Positions 1 to 9,192 of a DNA stretch of 64,000 nt are shown here, in pieces. The translations under genes were made by a program, and so were the position numbers. Each line of letters begins with the position of its first letter. The stretch's first letter is position 1. The notes beneath the pieces are model-generated. The model worked only from the letters and a program-made list of their open reading frames with translations, was not told the DNA's origin and searched no databases. The stretch is from NCBI GenBank assembly GCA_007695175.1, contig REEH01000143.1, forward strand, positions 69,152 through 133,151. The letters are read 5' to 3'. Origin of the DNA: Spirochaetaceae bacterium (GTDB lineage Bacteria > Spirochaetota > Spirochaetia > DSM-27196 > Alkalispirochaetaceae).

Positions 1-249
1 CGCGAATTCGCCGAGGAGTTCGGCGTAACGGTCAGTGTAGCGGAGGAACTCGGGAGCGTACCCTTCGAACACGCCGGTACCAGATACATGCTGGTAGGCT
101 ACCGGGTGGAGATTCCCCCGGTGCCGCTGGAGCTGAGAGAGCATGTTGAGGCGGGGTGGTTTCTGCCCGGGGAGGTCCTTCAGCTCGATCTGGCCGATTC
201 GGATCGCTCCCTGGTTCAACATATCCTGCCTGCCTGCCCTGACCAGTGA
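1..249 (+). CDS. NUDIX hydrolase, C-terminal fragment (5' end lies outside the window)
   Basis: Frame-1 translation REFAEEFGVTVSVAEELGSVPFEHAGTRYMLVGYRVEIPP... carries the Nudix-box core REx2EExGU (REFAEEFGV). Stop TGA at 247-249. Confidence 0.55.
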   Translation, partial: REFAEEFGVTVSVAEELGSVPFEHAGTRYMLVGYRVEIPPVPLELREHVEAGWFLPGEVLQLDLADSDRSLVQHILPACPDQ

Positions 250-1037
250 TTCCCCTGCGTGAGGAGATTCCCTCTCCATCCCTTCCGGAACTCTTTCGGG
301 CGGGCGTCGTCCTGAGAAGTCAGAAAACGGGTCATCCCTCGGGATTCTCCATAAGTGCCGCCGCCTCTCTTGCACCGCGGGAGGCTCGCCTGGGTGTGCG
401 CCTCTTTTCCGCTCACCTGGGTGTCCCGCCGGACTCGTTGAGAACGCTGCGGCAGGTCCACGGTACGGGCATCCTGCGGCGTAGTCGTGATGAAGACGGT
501 GCCGCCGGTCCACCGGTCGGGGACGCACACTGGACCACCGACCCGGATGTGGTGCTCCTGGTGTACGTTGCTGATTGCTGCCCGGTCGTTCTCGCGGATC
601 CCGCTACCGGGATATACGGTGTCGCTCACGCGGGGTGGCGCGGTACTCTGGGAGGGATTGTGCCGACTCTGTGGAAACGGCTGATCGAGGGAGGAGCGAG
701 GCAGGAGAGTATCCGTGGATGGATAGGGCCGTGCGCCGGCCCGGACCGGTATGAGGTCGGTTCCGAGGTGGCCACACGCTTTCTCCCCGGACACCCAGGG
801 GCGGTACGGGATCATCCCTCAGGAGAGGGGCGATACCTGCTTGATATACGGTCCGTCCTCAGGAGTCAGCTCAGATCGTGCGGAATGGCGGAGGCTACGC
901 TTTCCGTATCAGAGGCGGATACGATCGGAGATCACCGGTATCACTCGCATCGCAGGGACGGGGTCAGGGCGGGCCGCATGCCGGCTTACGTGATGCGTCG
1001 TGATCATCGCAGCCGCGATCATCGCAATGGACGATGA
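246..1037 (+). CDS. pgeF: Peptidoglycan editing factor PgeF (YfiH/DUF152, laccase-domain family)
   Basis: 263-aa ORF with family motifs QVHG, ADCCPV, HAGWRG and YHSHRRDG. GTG start overlaps the upstream stop (GTGA). Confidence 0.72.
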   Translation: MIPLREEIPSPSLPELFRAGVVLRSQKTGHPSGFSISAAASLAPREARLGVRLFSAHLGVPPDSLRTLRQVHGTGILRRSRDEDGAAGPPVGDAHWTTDPDVVLLVYVADCCPVVLADPATGIYGVAHAGWRGTLGGIVPTLWKRLIEGGARQESIRGWIGPCAGPDRYEVGSEVATRFLPGHPGAVRDHPSGEGRYLLDIRSVLRSQLRSCGMAEATLSVSEADTIGDHRYHSHRRDGVRAGRMPAYVMRRDHRSRDHRNGR

Positions 1038-1101
1038 GACTCCAGTTTTGTACCTTTGGCTCTCCCGCAACCAGCAAGTATTGAATGGGAGGAGTACTAT
1101 C

Positions 1102-1665
1102 ATGGCAGAGATTATTCAGGAGATTCAGGACCGACGCGCCCGACGGGGTTACCGGGAGGCGCCGGTGGACCGGGCGACGCTCGGGCGGATATTCACCGCC
1201 GCTACCATGGCTCCCAGCTGCAGCAACAAGCAGCCCTGGCGTTTTCTCCTGTGCGACAAGGAAGAAGCCCTGGCAAAAGCACGGCACGCTCTCAACGGAG
1301 GCAACTACTGGGCCAAAGTTGCTCCCGTGCTCGTGGTTGTCACGACCAGGGATGAACTGGACTGCCAACTGGAGGACGACCGGAATTACGCCCAGTTTGA
1401 TACGGGCATGTCCGTGATGGCGCTCATGCTCCAGGCCACGAGAGAGGGGCTGTACGCTCATCCCATGGCGGGCTTTGATCCGGCCAGAATCAGGGAATCC
1501 TTCCATATCGAACCGGAGACGCGGGTCATCACGATTATCGCCATTGGCCACCCCGGGGATGGGGCCAACCTGAATGAGAAACACGCCGAGTCGGAGCGTT
1601 CCGCCCGGCAGCGACGGCCCCTGGAAGAGGTGATCCAGTGGAATCACTGGGCGCCCCTCTCCTGA
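1102..1665 (+). CDS. Nitroreductase family protein
   Basis: Internal ATG at 1102 preceded by GGGAGGAG. MAEIIQEIQDRRARRGYREAPVDRATLGRIFTAATMAPSCSNKQPWRFLL is a typical nitroreductase N-terminus; the longer ORF upstream (from 1000) overlaps pgeF. Confidence 0.7.
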   Translation: MAEIIQEIQDRRARRGYREAPVDRATLGRIFTAATMAPSCSNKQPWRFLLCDKEEALAKARHALNGGNYWAKVAPVLVVVTTRDELDCQLEDDRNYAQFDTGMSVMALMLQATREGLYAHPMAGFDPARIRESFHIEPETRVITIIAIGHPGDGANLNEKHAESERSARQRRPLEEVIQWNHWAPLS

Positions 1666-1689
1666 AAAGGCGATAACCCGCGGCCGGTG

Positions 1690-2844
1690 CTACCCCTGAT
1701 CCCCGTCGTATCCCAGTTTGAGGCGGCGGGCGATTGCACGGGAGTACTCGGCCAGCCCCGCGTGGTCCTCCAGGCGCGTATGTTCCCACGCCGCAAGGCA
1801 GTTCAGCTCCTCGTCGCAACCGTCGCTCAGGGCGTGGGCGAGCAGGATGGCGTCGTCTACGGCTTTGGCGGTACCGGATCCGATGTGAGGGCGTATGAGG
1901 CTGGCGGAATCCCCGATGAGCACGACCCTTCCAAAGACCAGTCGTGGTATAAGCAGATCATCGATCGTCTGCATGAACGGCTCCGGCGTGGCGTGGACCA
2001 CCTCCGCGAAGGGTGCGCAGAGATCTTCCGACGCAGTGCGTCGTATGCGCTCCAGCGTTGACTCCGGCATCATACCGCGGGGCAGAGTAGCACGATGGAC
2101 CGCTCCGGCCGTATCGGTGAGTACCTTCTGCAACTCCGGTTTGTCCGGAATACTTTCGTACCAGACCCAGTTTATGCGGCGCCGGCCCTCCTGGATCGAC
2201 CCATCCTCACCGGGGACTTCATAGAGGAGTATGTGCGTCCGCTTGCCACCGTGGGAGCAGAGGCTGTCCTGGAAACGGCGTACCGTGTCGATCGAAAGAT
2301 CCTGCTCCGACACCATGCCGCGCCAGGCCACGTAACCCGCATACTTTGGTTCTATTCCCGGCACGAGAAGGCGGCGTGTAAGGGATCCCACACCATCGGC
2401 GGCGACAACGACGGTCGAGGCCGTCGTAGTACCGTCGCTCAGCTCCACCTCTCCGGAAGCTCCCCAATCGAGGATATCGCTCATCGCCACTCCGCGTTCA
2501 ATGCTGTCCGGCCCGACGACCTTTTCCAGCTCCCGGAGAAGAATGTCCCAGGAGGTATAAGCGGAGGCAGTCTCAGGCATCGTCAGAACGGACCCATCCT
2601 CCCGGAAGATCTTGCGGCTGCGGGCGGGTACGCCGACAACCCCGGTTATACCGATCCCGCGCCCGCGGAGGTACTCCATCATCCGGGGTTGAACCACCAC
2701 TCCGCCCCCCGTGCGTGATGGGGATCCTGAACGCTCTATAATACGCACCGCCCAGCCGTTTGCCTTCAGGGCCGCCGCGGCGACGAGACCCGCGTAGGAG
2801 GCGCCGATGATCAGAGCCGACGACGTGTCCGATGATTGGTACAT
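1690..2844 (-). CDS. FAD-dependent monooxygenase (UbiH/salicylate hydroxylase-like)
   Basis: 384 aa. N-terminal dinucleotide-binding fold ALIIGASYAGLVAAAAL. Later GDSA(S)LIRPHIGSG FAD-contact motif. Confidence 0.7.
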   Translation of the reverse strand: MYQSSDTSSALIIGASYAGLVAAAALKANGWAVRIIERSGSPSRTGGGVVVQPRMMEYLRGRGIGITGVVGVPARSRKIFREDGSVLTMPETASAYTSWDILLRELEKVVGPDSIERGVAMSDILDWGASGEVELSDGTTTASTVVVAADGVGSLTRRLLVPGIEPKYAGYVAWRGMVSEQDLSIDTVRRFQDSLCSHGGKRTHILLYEVPGEDGSIQEGRRRINWVWYESIPDKPELQKVLTDTAGAVHRATLPRGMMPESTLERIRRTASEDLCAPFAEVVHATPEPFMQTIDDLLIPRLVFGRVVLIGDSASLIRPHIGSGTAKAVDDAILLAHALSDGCDEELNCLAAWEHTRLEDHAGLAEYSRAIARRLKLGYDGDQG

Positions 2845-2891
2845 GCGGAAAGGATACGAAATTCATTACCATTCCGGAAAGGCGTGATACG

Positions 2892-3239
2892 ATGCACGGC
2901 ATGATTCCTCAGATTATCGGAACAAAGAAATCGGCCGCCTATCGCGCGTGTCTCCGGTACTGTCGGGAGCGCGGTATCGCCGTGCAGGAGCGCAACCCCG
3001 ATGAGAAACCCCTCTCCCCGGGGGAACTGGACCGTCTTGCTGCACTGTGCGGCGGGTACGAAGAGCTGCTTGACCGGGAGGGAAGCTCCTTCAGGAAACG
3101 CGGTCTTGCATGGATGGATTTTGATCCGCGCGAGGAGATTCTTCAGGACCCATCACTCCTGCGACGCCCCATAGTCCGTACCGACCGGGGAGCGGCGGTG
3201 GAGCCGGAGGGAAAGAGGCTGGAAGAGCTCCTGTCATGA
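2892..3239 (+). CDS. ArsC/Spx/YffB-family thioredoxin-fold protein
   Basis: MHGMIPQIIGTKKSAAYRACLRYCRERGI... resembles the ArsC/Spx N-terminus. ATG 2892 follows GGAAAGG; the upstream part of the ORF overlaps the divergent monooxygenase. Confidence 0.5.
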   Translation: MHGMIPQIIGTKKSAAYRACLRYCRERGIAVQERNPDEKPLSPGELDRLAALCGGYEELLDREGSSFRKRGLAWMDFDPREEILQDPSLLRRPIVRTDRGAAVEPEGKRLEELLS

Positions 3240-3298
3240 GTGAATGGCGGTGTCTCTGCATTCCCGCGATTGCCCGGAGCGATCTGTACTGGTAGTAT

Positions 3299-3571
3299 AT
3301 GGGGGTGACAGAACTGGAGAAGTATCGCGCTTCCATCGACAATCTTGATGCCGCCCTGGTGCATGTCCTGGCGGAGCGTTTCCGCGTAACCCATGAGGTG
3401 GGTCTGCTGAAGCAGCGGGAGGGAATCCCTCCGGCGGACCCGGAAAGGGAGAGGGATCAACTGAACCGGCTGAAGGAGATCGCCCTCGGCGCCGGTCTGG
3501 ATCCCGCCGTGGTGGAGGCTGTCTTCCCCCTGATCATGGCGGAGGTGCGGCGTCGCCACTCCTCGCTGTGA
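3299..3571 (+). CDS. Chorismate mutase (AroQ class)
   Basis: 90 aa; R-x-x-ID-x-LD-x-ALV-x-LLAER...VG-x-LK, the typical AroQ helix-bundle pattern. Confidence 0.7.
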   Translation: MGVTELEKYRASIDNLDAALVHVLAERFRVTHEVGLLKQREGIPPADPERERDQLNRLKEIALGAGLDPAVVEAVFPLIMAEVRRRHSSL

Positions 3572-3599
3572 GAGATCCTGACCGGACGATAACCCGCTC

Positions 3600-4571
3600 T
3601 CAATCACCCTCCCACGTGCCCAGCATGCGCTGCCGGATCTCGTCCCTGAGGGCGACGATCATTTCCTGGATTTCCGAATCCGGTTCAAGGCCACGCGCGG
3701 CCGCGTCGGAGGGGGTGATGACCGAGGCCTTCATCTGGAGCCCCTCCTCCCGAAAACGAATTTCCACTTTCCCGAGGTACTTTGAGTATTCGTTGGCCTG
3801 GACAAAGAGCGTATCGTGATGCACCTCACCGTGGAGAAGCAGATCGTGAGAGTGCCCGTCCACGAAGAGATCGATCCCGGAGACCTCTTTCACGATGTCG
3901 GTGGAGGGGTAATTGCGTCCGAAACCCACGTGGCCCAGGGCAACGACGAGATCCACCTCTTCCTCCCGCAGTTCCGCCACCGCGGTGTGCGCCGCATCGA
4001 CCATATCATCAAAAACCAGGCCCTCAATGTTGCGAGGGTGCGTGGTCTGGTAGGTATCGGGCGTGGCAAGACCAAAAATCCCGACTCTGTAGTCGCCCAC
4101 CCGGCGGATCACCCAGGGTCGAAAAAGGCGTTCATTCTCCTTGTAGACGTTGGCCGCCACCAGATCAAACTCCATCAGGTTCTCAAGCTCCAGCAGGTGC
4201 GGGTACCCGAAGTTGAAATCATGGTTGCCCGGGACCATCACGTCGTACCCGGCGGCGTTCATCGTTTCCACCACGCTTCTGCCCTGCAGCTGGTTGGCGA
4301 TCGGGCGTCCGTGAAGCGTATCGCCCGCATCCAGTACCAGTACGTTCCCGTATCGGGCGCGATAATCCTCCACCAGCGTTTTGATCGTGGGCATCCCGAG
4401 CAGACCCTCCGCAACTTCAATCCGCCCGTGAATGTCATTGGTATGGAGAATGATCAGATCCGGTGTATCCGATGTGTCCGCAAACAGGAGGGACGGGGCG
4501 ATGAGCGCCAGGGCGATCATCAGCAGGCGCAGGCACGTCGTGCCCCCGGTCCGTTCTTTTGTCCTCTTCAT
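3600..4571 (-). CDS. Secreted metallophosphoesterase (5'-nucleotidase/UshA N-terminal domain family)
   Basis: Start at MKRTKERTGGTTCLRLLMIALALIAPSLLFA (signal peptide) after a GGAGGAGG RBS. Motifs ILHTNDIHGR, GDTLHG, GNHDF/GNHEF-like, GHSH. Confidence 0.65.
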   Translation of the reverse strand: MKRTKERTGGTTCLRLLMIALALIAPSLLFADTSDTPDLIILHTNDIHGRIEVAEGLLGMPTIKTLVEDYRARYGNVLVLDAGDTLHGRPIANQLQGRSVVETMNAAGYDVMVPGNHDFNFGYPHLLELENLMEFDLVAANVYKENERLFRPWVIRRVGDYRVGIFGLATPDTYQTTHPRNIEGLVFDDMVDAAHTAVAELREEEVDLVVALGHVGFGRNYPSTDIVKEVSGIDLFVDGHSHDLLLHGEVHHDTLFVQANEYSKYLGKVEIRFREEGLQMKASVITPSDAAARGLEPDSEIQEMIVALRDEIRQRMLGTWEGD

Positions 4572-4625
4572 TTGATCCTCCTCCTGATCCTTAATTGCTG
4601 ATTTCAATGTATCAAACCTGGCGCG

Positions 4626-4681
4626 CCCCGGCCACCCGGCCCCGGCCACCCGGCCCCGGCCACCCGGCCCCCGCCACCCGG
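4626..4681. repeat. Tandem repeat, 4 x 14 bp (CCCCGGCCACCCGG; 4th copy has one substitution) in a divergent intergenic region
   Basis: Read directly: copies at 4626-4639, 4640-4653, 4654-4667, 4668-4681, between the metallophosphoesterase start (4571, minus) and the histidine kinase start (4742, plus). Confidence 0.85.
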
Positions 4682-4741
4682 CCCTGGTGATGTTGCGCCC
4701 CTCCCTCAGGGGTAGTACTATCCATGCGGAAAGAGGAAACA

Positions 4742-6535
4742 ATGAGCCGCCTATTCGATAGTGTAAAGACCAGGCTGACTCTGACGGTGGCCCTCATCGT
4801 TCTTTTCTACACGGCTCTGCTCCTCGCGCTGACCTACGGGCTGATGCGGGAGATGGCGGAGCGTAACTCCGCGGAGCTCGCCGATACGGTGCTGGAGGAA
4901 GCGGATACGCACATAACCCGGTTTTTCCGCAATATGGAGGAGGTGGCCTACTCCCTGGCCCGGTACTCCACGGTATACGACAAGGACATTCCCCGCCTGC
5001 GGGAGCTGATTCTGACCAACGTCTGGGCTCGGCGCAGCTACATGCGCGCCTTGTATCTCGGCACGGAGAACGGAAACATGTACGAGTGGGGGTACGGCGA
5101 GGGTTTCGTGGATAACGCACCCGTCTTTGCTCCCGGGTATGATCCGCGGGTGCGCCCCTGGTACCGGGATGCGCTCGCCGCCGACGGGTTCGCCGTGACC
5201 GATCCGTACCTCTACGCGAGTATCGACGACTACGGAATAACCTGCGTCCTGCCCGTTTATCACCCCGAGTCCGGAGAGCGGGTGGGCGTGCTGGGGCTGG
5301 ATATCATGCTGGACGCGCTCCAGAACCTGGTGGAGGAGTTTGAGATCAGCATGGGCGGCAAGGTGCTGCTGGTCGATCGCTCGGGCAGCCCGATCGTGGA
5401 CCAGTTTTCCTCCACCGCCGGGGGTGAATTGCGGGCGTCGATACGGGAGGTGAGCGGGCAGGAACTCCCGGGCCGCTTCATGGCCGATTCGGGAGGAGTC
5501 CCCCATTTCTTCTCCTACAAGAAGAATCCCGTCACGGACTGGATGATCTTCGTGGGGCTTCCCCTGCCGGAAATCATGGCTTCCACCTATGCCGGAATCA
5601 GACTCAGCGTGGCGCTCTATTTCTTTCTGATGATACTCCTGCTCATAACGCTGGAGTGGTCCGTCGGGCGGATGGTAATCGAACCGGTGGAGAAGATGGT
5701 TCAGACGATCGACCGGATGAGATCCGGGGAGGGAAGTGCCCGGATAGACATCGCGAGAAATGATGAGTTCGGACTGCTGGCGCGGAGCTTCAATGGGCTT
5801 GCCGACAGAGTCCAGGAGTATGCCCGGGACATGGAGAGGCAAGTCCAGGAGCGGACGGACCGTCTGCAGATTCTGCAGCAGGAAAACCTCCGTCTGCGCA
5901 TCATCGAGGAAAAGGAACGCATTTACGGATACCTGCACGACTCCCTTGGCTCCCGATTGACCAATATTTTCATCTCCAACAACGTGGCCCGATCGGCCGC
6001 CACGGTGGACGGCGGGGTGTTAAAAGACATGCAGGACCGCATCGAGGAAAACGCCCAGGCCGGACTGGACGACCTCAAGGAGATTCTCTCCAGCAGCATG
6101 GAGATCGACCGGAGAATGATCGATTTCTCCATCGTGCTGGAGTTGCAGGTCCGGAGACGCCTGGAGCTGAAAGCGATCGGGTTTTCCTACGACGGCAGGG
6201 TTGCGGAGTTGAATTTCCTGCCCCGCGGGATGGCGGTGGAAGTGGAAAAAGTCCTGCAGGAGCTCGTCACGAATGTGCTCAAACATGCGGATGCGCGGCA
6301 GGTGAACCTCACCACCGATCTCACCGGGGAGCGACTGCACCTGGTATTTCGCGACGACGGCCGCGGGTTCGATCCTCGGTCCCTGCCCGTCGGATGCTTT
6401 GGATTGCGGGGAATCCGGCAGCGTCTGGAGCGGCGGGGCGGCTCGCTGAACATCACCTCCACTCCCGGGGAGAGAACGGAGGTTGTGATCGACCTTCCCC
6501 TGGTGGAATGTGAATCGGGAGACCGGGGTGAGTAA
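4742..6535 (+). CDS. Sensor histidine kinase: TM - Cache-like periplasmic domain - TM - HAMP - HisKA_3 - HATPase_c
   Basis: AGAGGA RBS 5 nt before ATG 4742. Two hydrophobic segments flank a ~250-aa extracytoplasmic domain. H-box YGYLHDSLGSRLT (HisKA_3, NarX/DegS type). C-terminal ATPase G-boxes (DDGRGF, GLRGIRQR). Confidence 0.8.
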   Translation: MSRLFDSVKTRLTLTVALIVLFYTALLLALTYGLMREMAERNSAELADTVLEEADTHITRFFRNMEEVAYSLARYSTVYDKDIPRLRELILTNVWARRSYMRALYLGTENGNMYEWGYGEGFVDNAPVFAPGYDPRVRPWYRDALAADGFAVTDPYLYASIDDYGITCVLPVYHPESGERVGVLGLDIMLDALQNLVEEFEISMGGKVLLVDRSGSPIVDQFSSTAGGELRASIREVSGQELPGRFMADSGGVPHFFSYKKNPVTDWMIFVGLPLPEIMASTYAGIRLSVALYFFLMILLLITLEWSVGRMVIEPVEKMVQTIDRMRSGEGSARIDIARNDEFGLLARSFNGLADRVQEYARDMERQVQERTDRLQILQQENLRLRIIEEKERIYGYLHDSLGSRLTNIFISNNVARSAATVDGGVLKDMQDRIEENAQAGLDDLKEILSSSMEIDRRMIDFSIVLELQVRRRLELKAIGFSYDGRVAELNFLPRGMAVEVEKVLQELVTNVLKHADARQVNLTTDLTGERLHLVFRDDGRGFDPRSLPVGCFGLRGIRQRLERRGGSLNITSTPGERTEVVIDLPLVECESGDRGE

Positions 6536-7175
6536 AATCCGGGTGGCGATCTGCGAGGACGTGCGGGAAGTACGGGAGGGGTTTCGGTATCTGCTGAACC
6601 TGGACCCGGAAATACAGGTACTCGGTGCGTACAGCGACGCGGAATCGCTGCTGGAAGCCCTGGAGACGGTGATCCTTGAACCGGATATCATTCTCATGGA
6701 TATCGGTCTGCCCGGTATGAGCGGGATCGAGGCGACGGGCATCATCAAAGAACGCTTTCCCCGGATGGAAGTACTGATTCTGACGATCTTTGAGGAAGAG
6801 CGGAAAATTATCGACGCTATCGAACGAGGTGCCGCGGGGTACGTGATGAAGAACACCCGGCCCGGGGATCTTGTGGCGCAAATCAAGGAGCTCAATGCCG
6901 GGGGGTCGCCCATCAGTCCGGGGGTGGCGCGCAAACTCTTCGCTGAGCTGCGACGGGAGCGGTCTCATTCCTCCGGTACCGAATACCATCTTACCGCTCG
7001 GGAACATGAGGTGGTGCATGCCATCGTGGAAGGGCTCACATACCGGGAGATAGCGGACCGGTACGGCATTGCCGGATCGACGGTCAAGAAGCATATCCTC
7101 AACATCTACAAAAAACTTGATGTGCGCTCCAAGGTTGAGTTCATGAAGAAGGTGATGAACTCGGACCTGATATAA
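6510..7175 (+). CDS. Response regulator, NarL/FixJ family (REC + LuxR-type HTH)
   Basis: REC motifs ICEDV...D54-like DIILMDIGLPGMSG. C-terminal HTH LTAREHEVVHAIVEGLTYREIADRYGIAGSTVKKHILNIYKKL. Overlaps the kinase stop; a GTG start at 6528 after GGAG is an alternative. Confidence 0.85.
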   Translation: MNRETGVSKIRVAICEDVREVREGFRYLLNLDPEIQVLGAYSDAESLLEALETVILEPDIILMDIGLPGMSGIEATGIIKERFPRMEVLILTIFEEERKIIDAIERGAAGYVMKNTRPGDLVAQIKELNAGGSPISPGVARKLFAELRRERSHSSGTEYHLTAREHEVVHAIVEGLTYREIADRYGIAGSTVKKHILNIYKKLDVRSKVEFMKKVMNSDLI

Positions 7176-7194
7176 CACTCCTCTTTCCCTATCC

Positions 7195-7212
7195 ATACAC
7201 CAAATGGTGTAT
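7195..7212. promoter_or_regulatory. 7-2-7 inverted repeat ATACACCA-AA-TGGTGTAT, a candidate NarL-family regulator site
   Basis: Perfect palindrome immediately after the regulator stop and ~135 bp upstream of the symporter start. No T-tract follows, so it is not a terminator. Confidence 0.3.
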
Positions 7213-7313
7213 ATTCCCCGTCGCACCGGCCCTTAAAAGCCCAAAAATGAAGAAAAGATACACCCTTGGGGGCATATACGGGAGAGAAAAAGGGCCTGAG
7301 AATACTGTATCTA

Positions 7314-7323
7314 AATCTAGATT
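7314..7323. promoter_or_regulatory. 10-bp perfect palindrome AATCTAGATT flanked by TGTA...TACA, just upstream of the symporter RBS
   Basis: Read directly; lies ~20 bp before ACAGGAGGG-N7-ATG(7345). Confidence 0.2.
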
Positions 7324-7344
7324 CAGGTACAGGAGGGTCGTATA

Positions 7345-8628
7345 ATGAGTGAAGGGAAAAAGGGCGCGCTGGACTGGTACTTCAAGTCCAACCTGCTCAT
7401 GCGCATTCTGATAGGTCTCATTCTGGGAGCGATTGTAGGGCTCCTGGCGGGCGATTCCATAATGTGGGTCGCGCCGTTCGGGACGCTTTTCGTTAGGTTG
7501 CTGCAGATGATCGTCATGCCGGTTATCTTCGCAACTCTGGTGATGGGTTCCGCCAGCATCAGCCCGGCGGAACTGGGTAAAGTGGGTGTGAAGATCGTTC
7601 TCTTCTACCTTTTTACTTCGGCTCTTGCCGTGGCGATCGGCCTCGGTATGGCCAATATCTTTCGACCCGGTTCCGGGCTCGGCCTGACCGGCGCGGACGG
7701 CGTGGCGGGACGGGCGCTGCAGCAGCCGGCGCTTCGGGACACGTTGCTCAATATCGTGCCCACCAACCCCTTTGGAGCACTCGCGAGTGGCGCGGTTCTG
7801 CCGGTGATTTTCTTCGCGATTCTCTTTGGTATCGGTATCTCCTACCTCAAGATCAGCAGTGACGAACGCATCCGGAAGGCCGGAGAGACGCTCTTCGTGA
7901 TCTTTGACGGTGCCGCCGAGGTCATGTACATCATGGTTCGCTGGGTACTGCAGTATGCTCCCATCGGTGTGTTTGCTCTTCTGGCGGTTGTTTTCGCCCA
8001 GCAGGGTGCCGCTGCGGCGGGTCCTCTGGGAATCGTCATTGTAGCAGTGTACCTGGGACTTATCCTGCACGTGGTGGTGGTCTACGGCGGAATCCTGAAG
8101 ATCAACGGTCTGAGCTTCGTGAAGTTTATCAAGGGCTCCCGGGAGGCTATGCTCACCGCTTTTGTTACACGCAGTTCCGGTGGTACGCTTCCGGTGACCA
8201 TGCGCAACGCTGAAGGAAACCTCGGGGTAAGCCGCAAGGTGCACTCCTTTACGCTGCCCCTGGGTGCAACGATCAACATGGATGGCACGGCGATCTACCT
8301 CGGCGTGTGTGCGCTCTTCATCGGTTACGCTATCGGGATGCCTCTCGGTTTCGGCCAGCAGATCACGATCATCCTGACGGCGGTACTCGCTTCAATCGGC
8401 ACGGCGGGCGTGCCCGGTGCGGGGGCGATCATGCTGCTTATGGTGCTTCAGTCGGTGGGTCTCCCCATCGAGGACGGCTCCGCAGTGGCCGCCGCGTACG
8501 CGATGATCCTCGGTATCGATGCGATCCTCGACATGGGACGTACCTGTGCCAACGTGACCGGTGACCTGACCGGTACCTCAATCGTCGCCAAGAGCGAGAA
8601 CGAACTGGATCTCTCCTGCTGGAGCTGA
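7345..8628 (+). CDS. Dicarboxylate/amino acid:cation symporter (DAACS family, GltP/GltT-like)
   Basis: 427 aa, ~8 TM plus re-entrant loops. Typical DAACS N-terminus ([17 protein letters not shown]) and conserved C-terminal core ([28 protein letters not shown]). Confidence 0.85.
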   Translation: MSEGKKGALDWYFKSNLLMRILIGLILGAIVGLLAGDSIMWVAPFGTLFVRLLQMIVMPVIFATLVMGSASISPAELGKVGVKIVLFYLFTSALAVAIGLGMANIFRPGSGLGLTGADGVAGRALQQPALRDTLLNIVPTNPFGALASGAVLPVIFFAILFGIGISYLKISSDERIRKAGETLFVIFDGAAEVMYIMVRWVLQYAPIGVFALLAVVFAQQGAAAAGPLGIVIVAVYLGLILHVVVVYGGILKINGLSFVKFIKGSREAMLTAFVTRSSGGTLPVTMRNAEGNLGVSRKVHSFTLPLGATINMDGTAIYLGVCALFIGYAIGMPLGFGQQITIILTAVLASIGTAGVPGAGAIMLLMVLQSVGLPIEDGSAVAAAYAMILGIDAILDMGRTCANVTGDLTGTSIVAKSENELDLSCWS

Positions 8629-8646
8629 ACAGCCTGAGCTGAATCC

Positions 8647-8676
8647 GGGCCCGGATGCCACCTGGTGTCCGGGCCC
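8647..8676. terminator. GC-rich hairpin (9-bp stem GGGCCCGGA/TCCGGGCCC, 12-nt loop) between convergent genes; likely bidirectional terminator
   Basis: Read directly downstream of the symporter stop. Followed by AATCTTT on the plus strand. Confidence 0.45.
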
Positions 8677-8727
8677 AATCTTTGCGCGGTCAGTCCGGAG
8701 CCCGGCCCATGGGGGAGCCCGGCCGGA

Positions 8728-9105
8728 CTACTCCTTCCGGAGGGCACTCAGGAAGGAGGGCAGACTCTTTTTCAGCACGTTGGTGAAGGTGTAGGATCCG
8801 CCGATGGTGTCGATCCGCAGGGACGCGAGGAAGAAGCCCTTCCTGTGTTCCGTGTGACGGATTTCCTCCCGCTTGATTCCAACCAGGCGTGGATCCGCCA
8901 TTGTAGGCTTGGACAGCAGGAGCAGACGGTGCTCGGTGAGCAGAATATACCAGCGGGCTCCCTCGCGGATCCCCGAGGTTATGGCGATCAGCGTTTCGTC
9001 CCGCTCGAGGCATTCCGGGAGACGCTTTATCTCCCGGCGGTAGCCAAACTCGTTTTCCAGGCCCAGCACCCGAAGGCGGGCCCGTATTTCTTTCATCGTC
9101 GCCAT
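8728..9105 (-). CDS. Hypothetical protein, bacterial PH/GRAM-like domain
   Basis: MATMKEIRARLRVLGLENEFGYRREIKRLPECLERDETLIAITSG...WYILLTEHRLLLLSKP fits the bPH-domain pattern. Start chosen at the ATG within the longer ORF. Confidence 0.4.
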   Translation of the reverse strand: MATMKEIRARLRVLGLENEFGYRREIKRLPECLERDETLIAITSGIREGARWYILLTEHRLLLLSKPTMADPRLVGIKREEIRHTEHRKGFFLASLRIDTIGGSYTFTNVLKKSLPSFLSALRKE

Positions 9106-9192
9106 GGTAGTATCGCTACCGTACGGACTTTGTCGGGGCCTCGTCAATAGAGGTGGAATCGATCAGCGGAGATCGGCACGGAGGGTGAACGG

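Noticed and set aside
216-815. Many long ORFs antisense to or out of frame with the called genes (e.g. 216..815-, 964..1647-, 4751..5938-, 13948..15615+, 34168..36186+, 56321..57763+, 61660..62547+).
   Set aside because: GC-rich DNA yields long stop-free antisense frames. Their translations are Arg/Pro/Gly-rich low-complexity sequences with no motifs, and each overlaps a motif-bearing gene.
4626-4681. The 14-bp tandem repeat as a CRISPR array.
   Set aside because: Copies are directly adjacent with no spacers, only four units, and no cas genes in the window.
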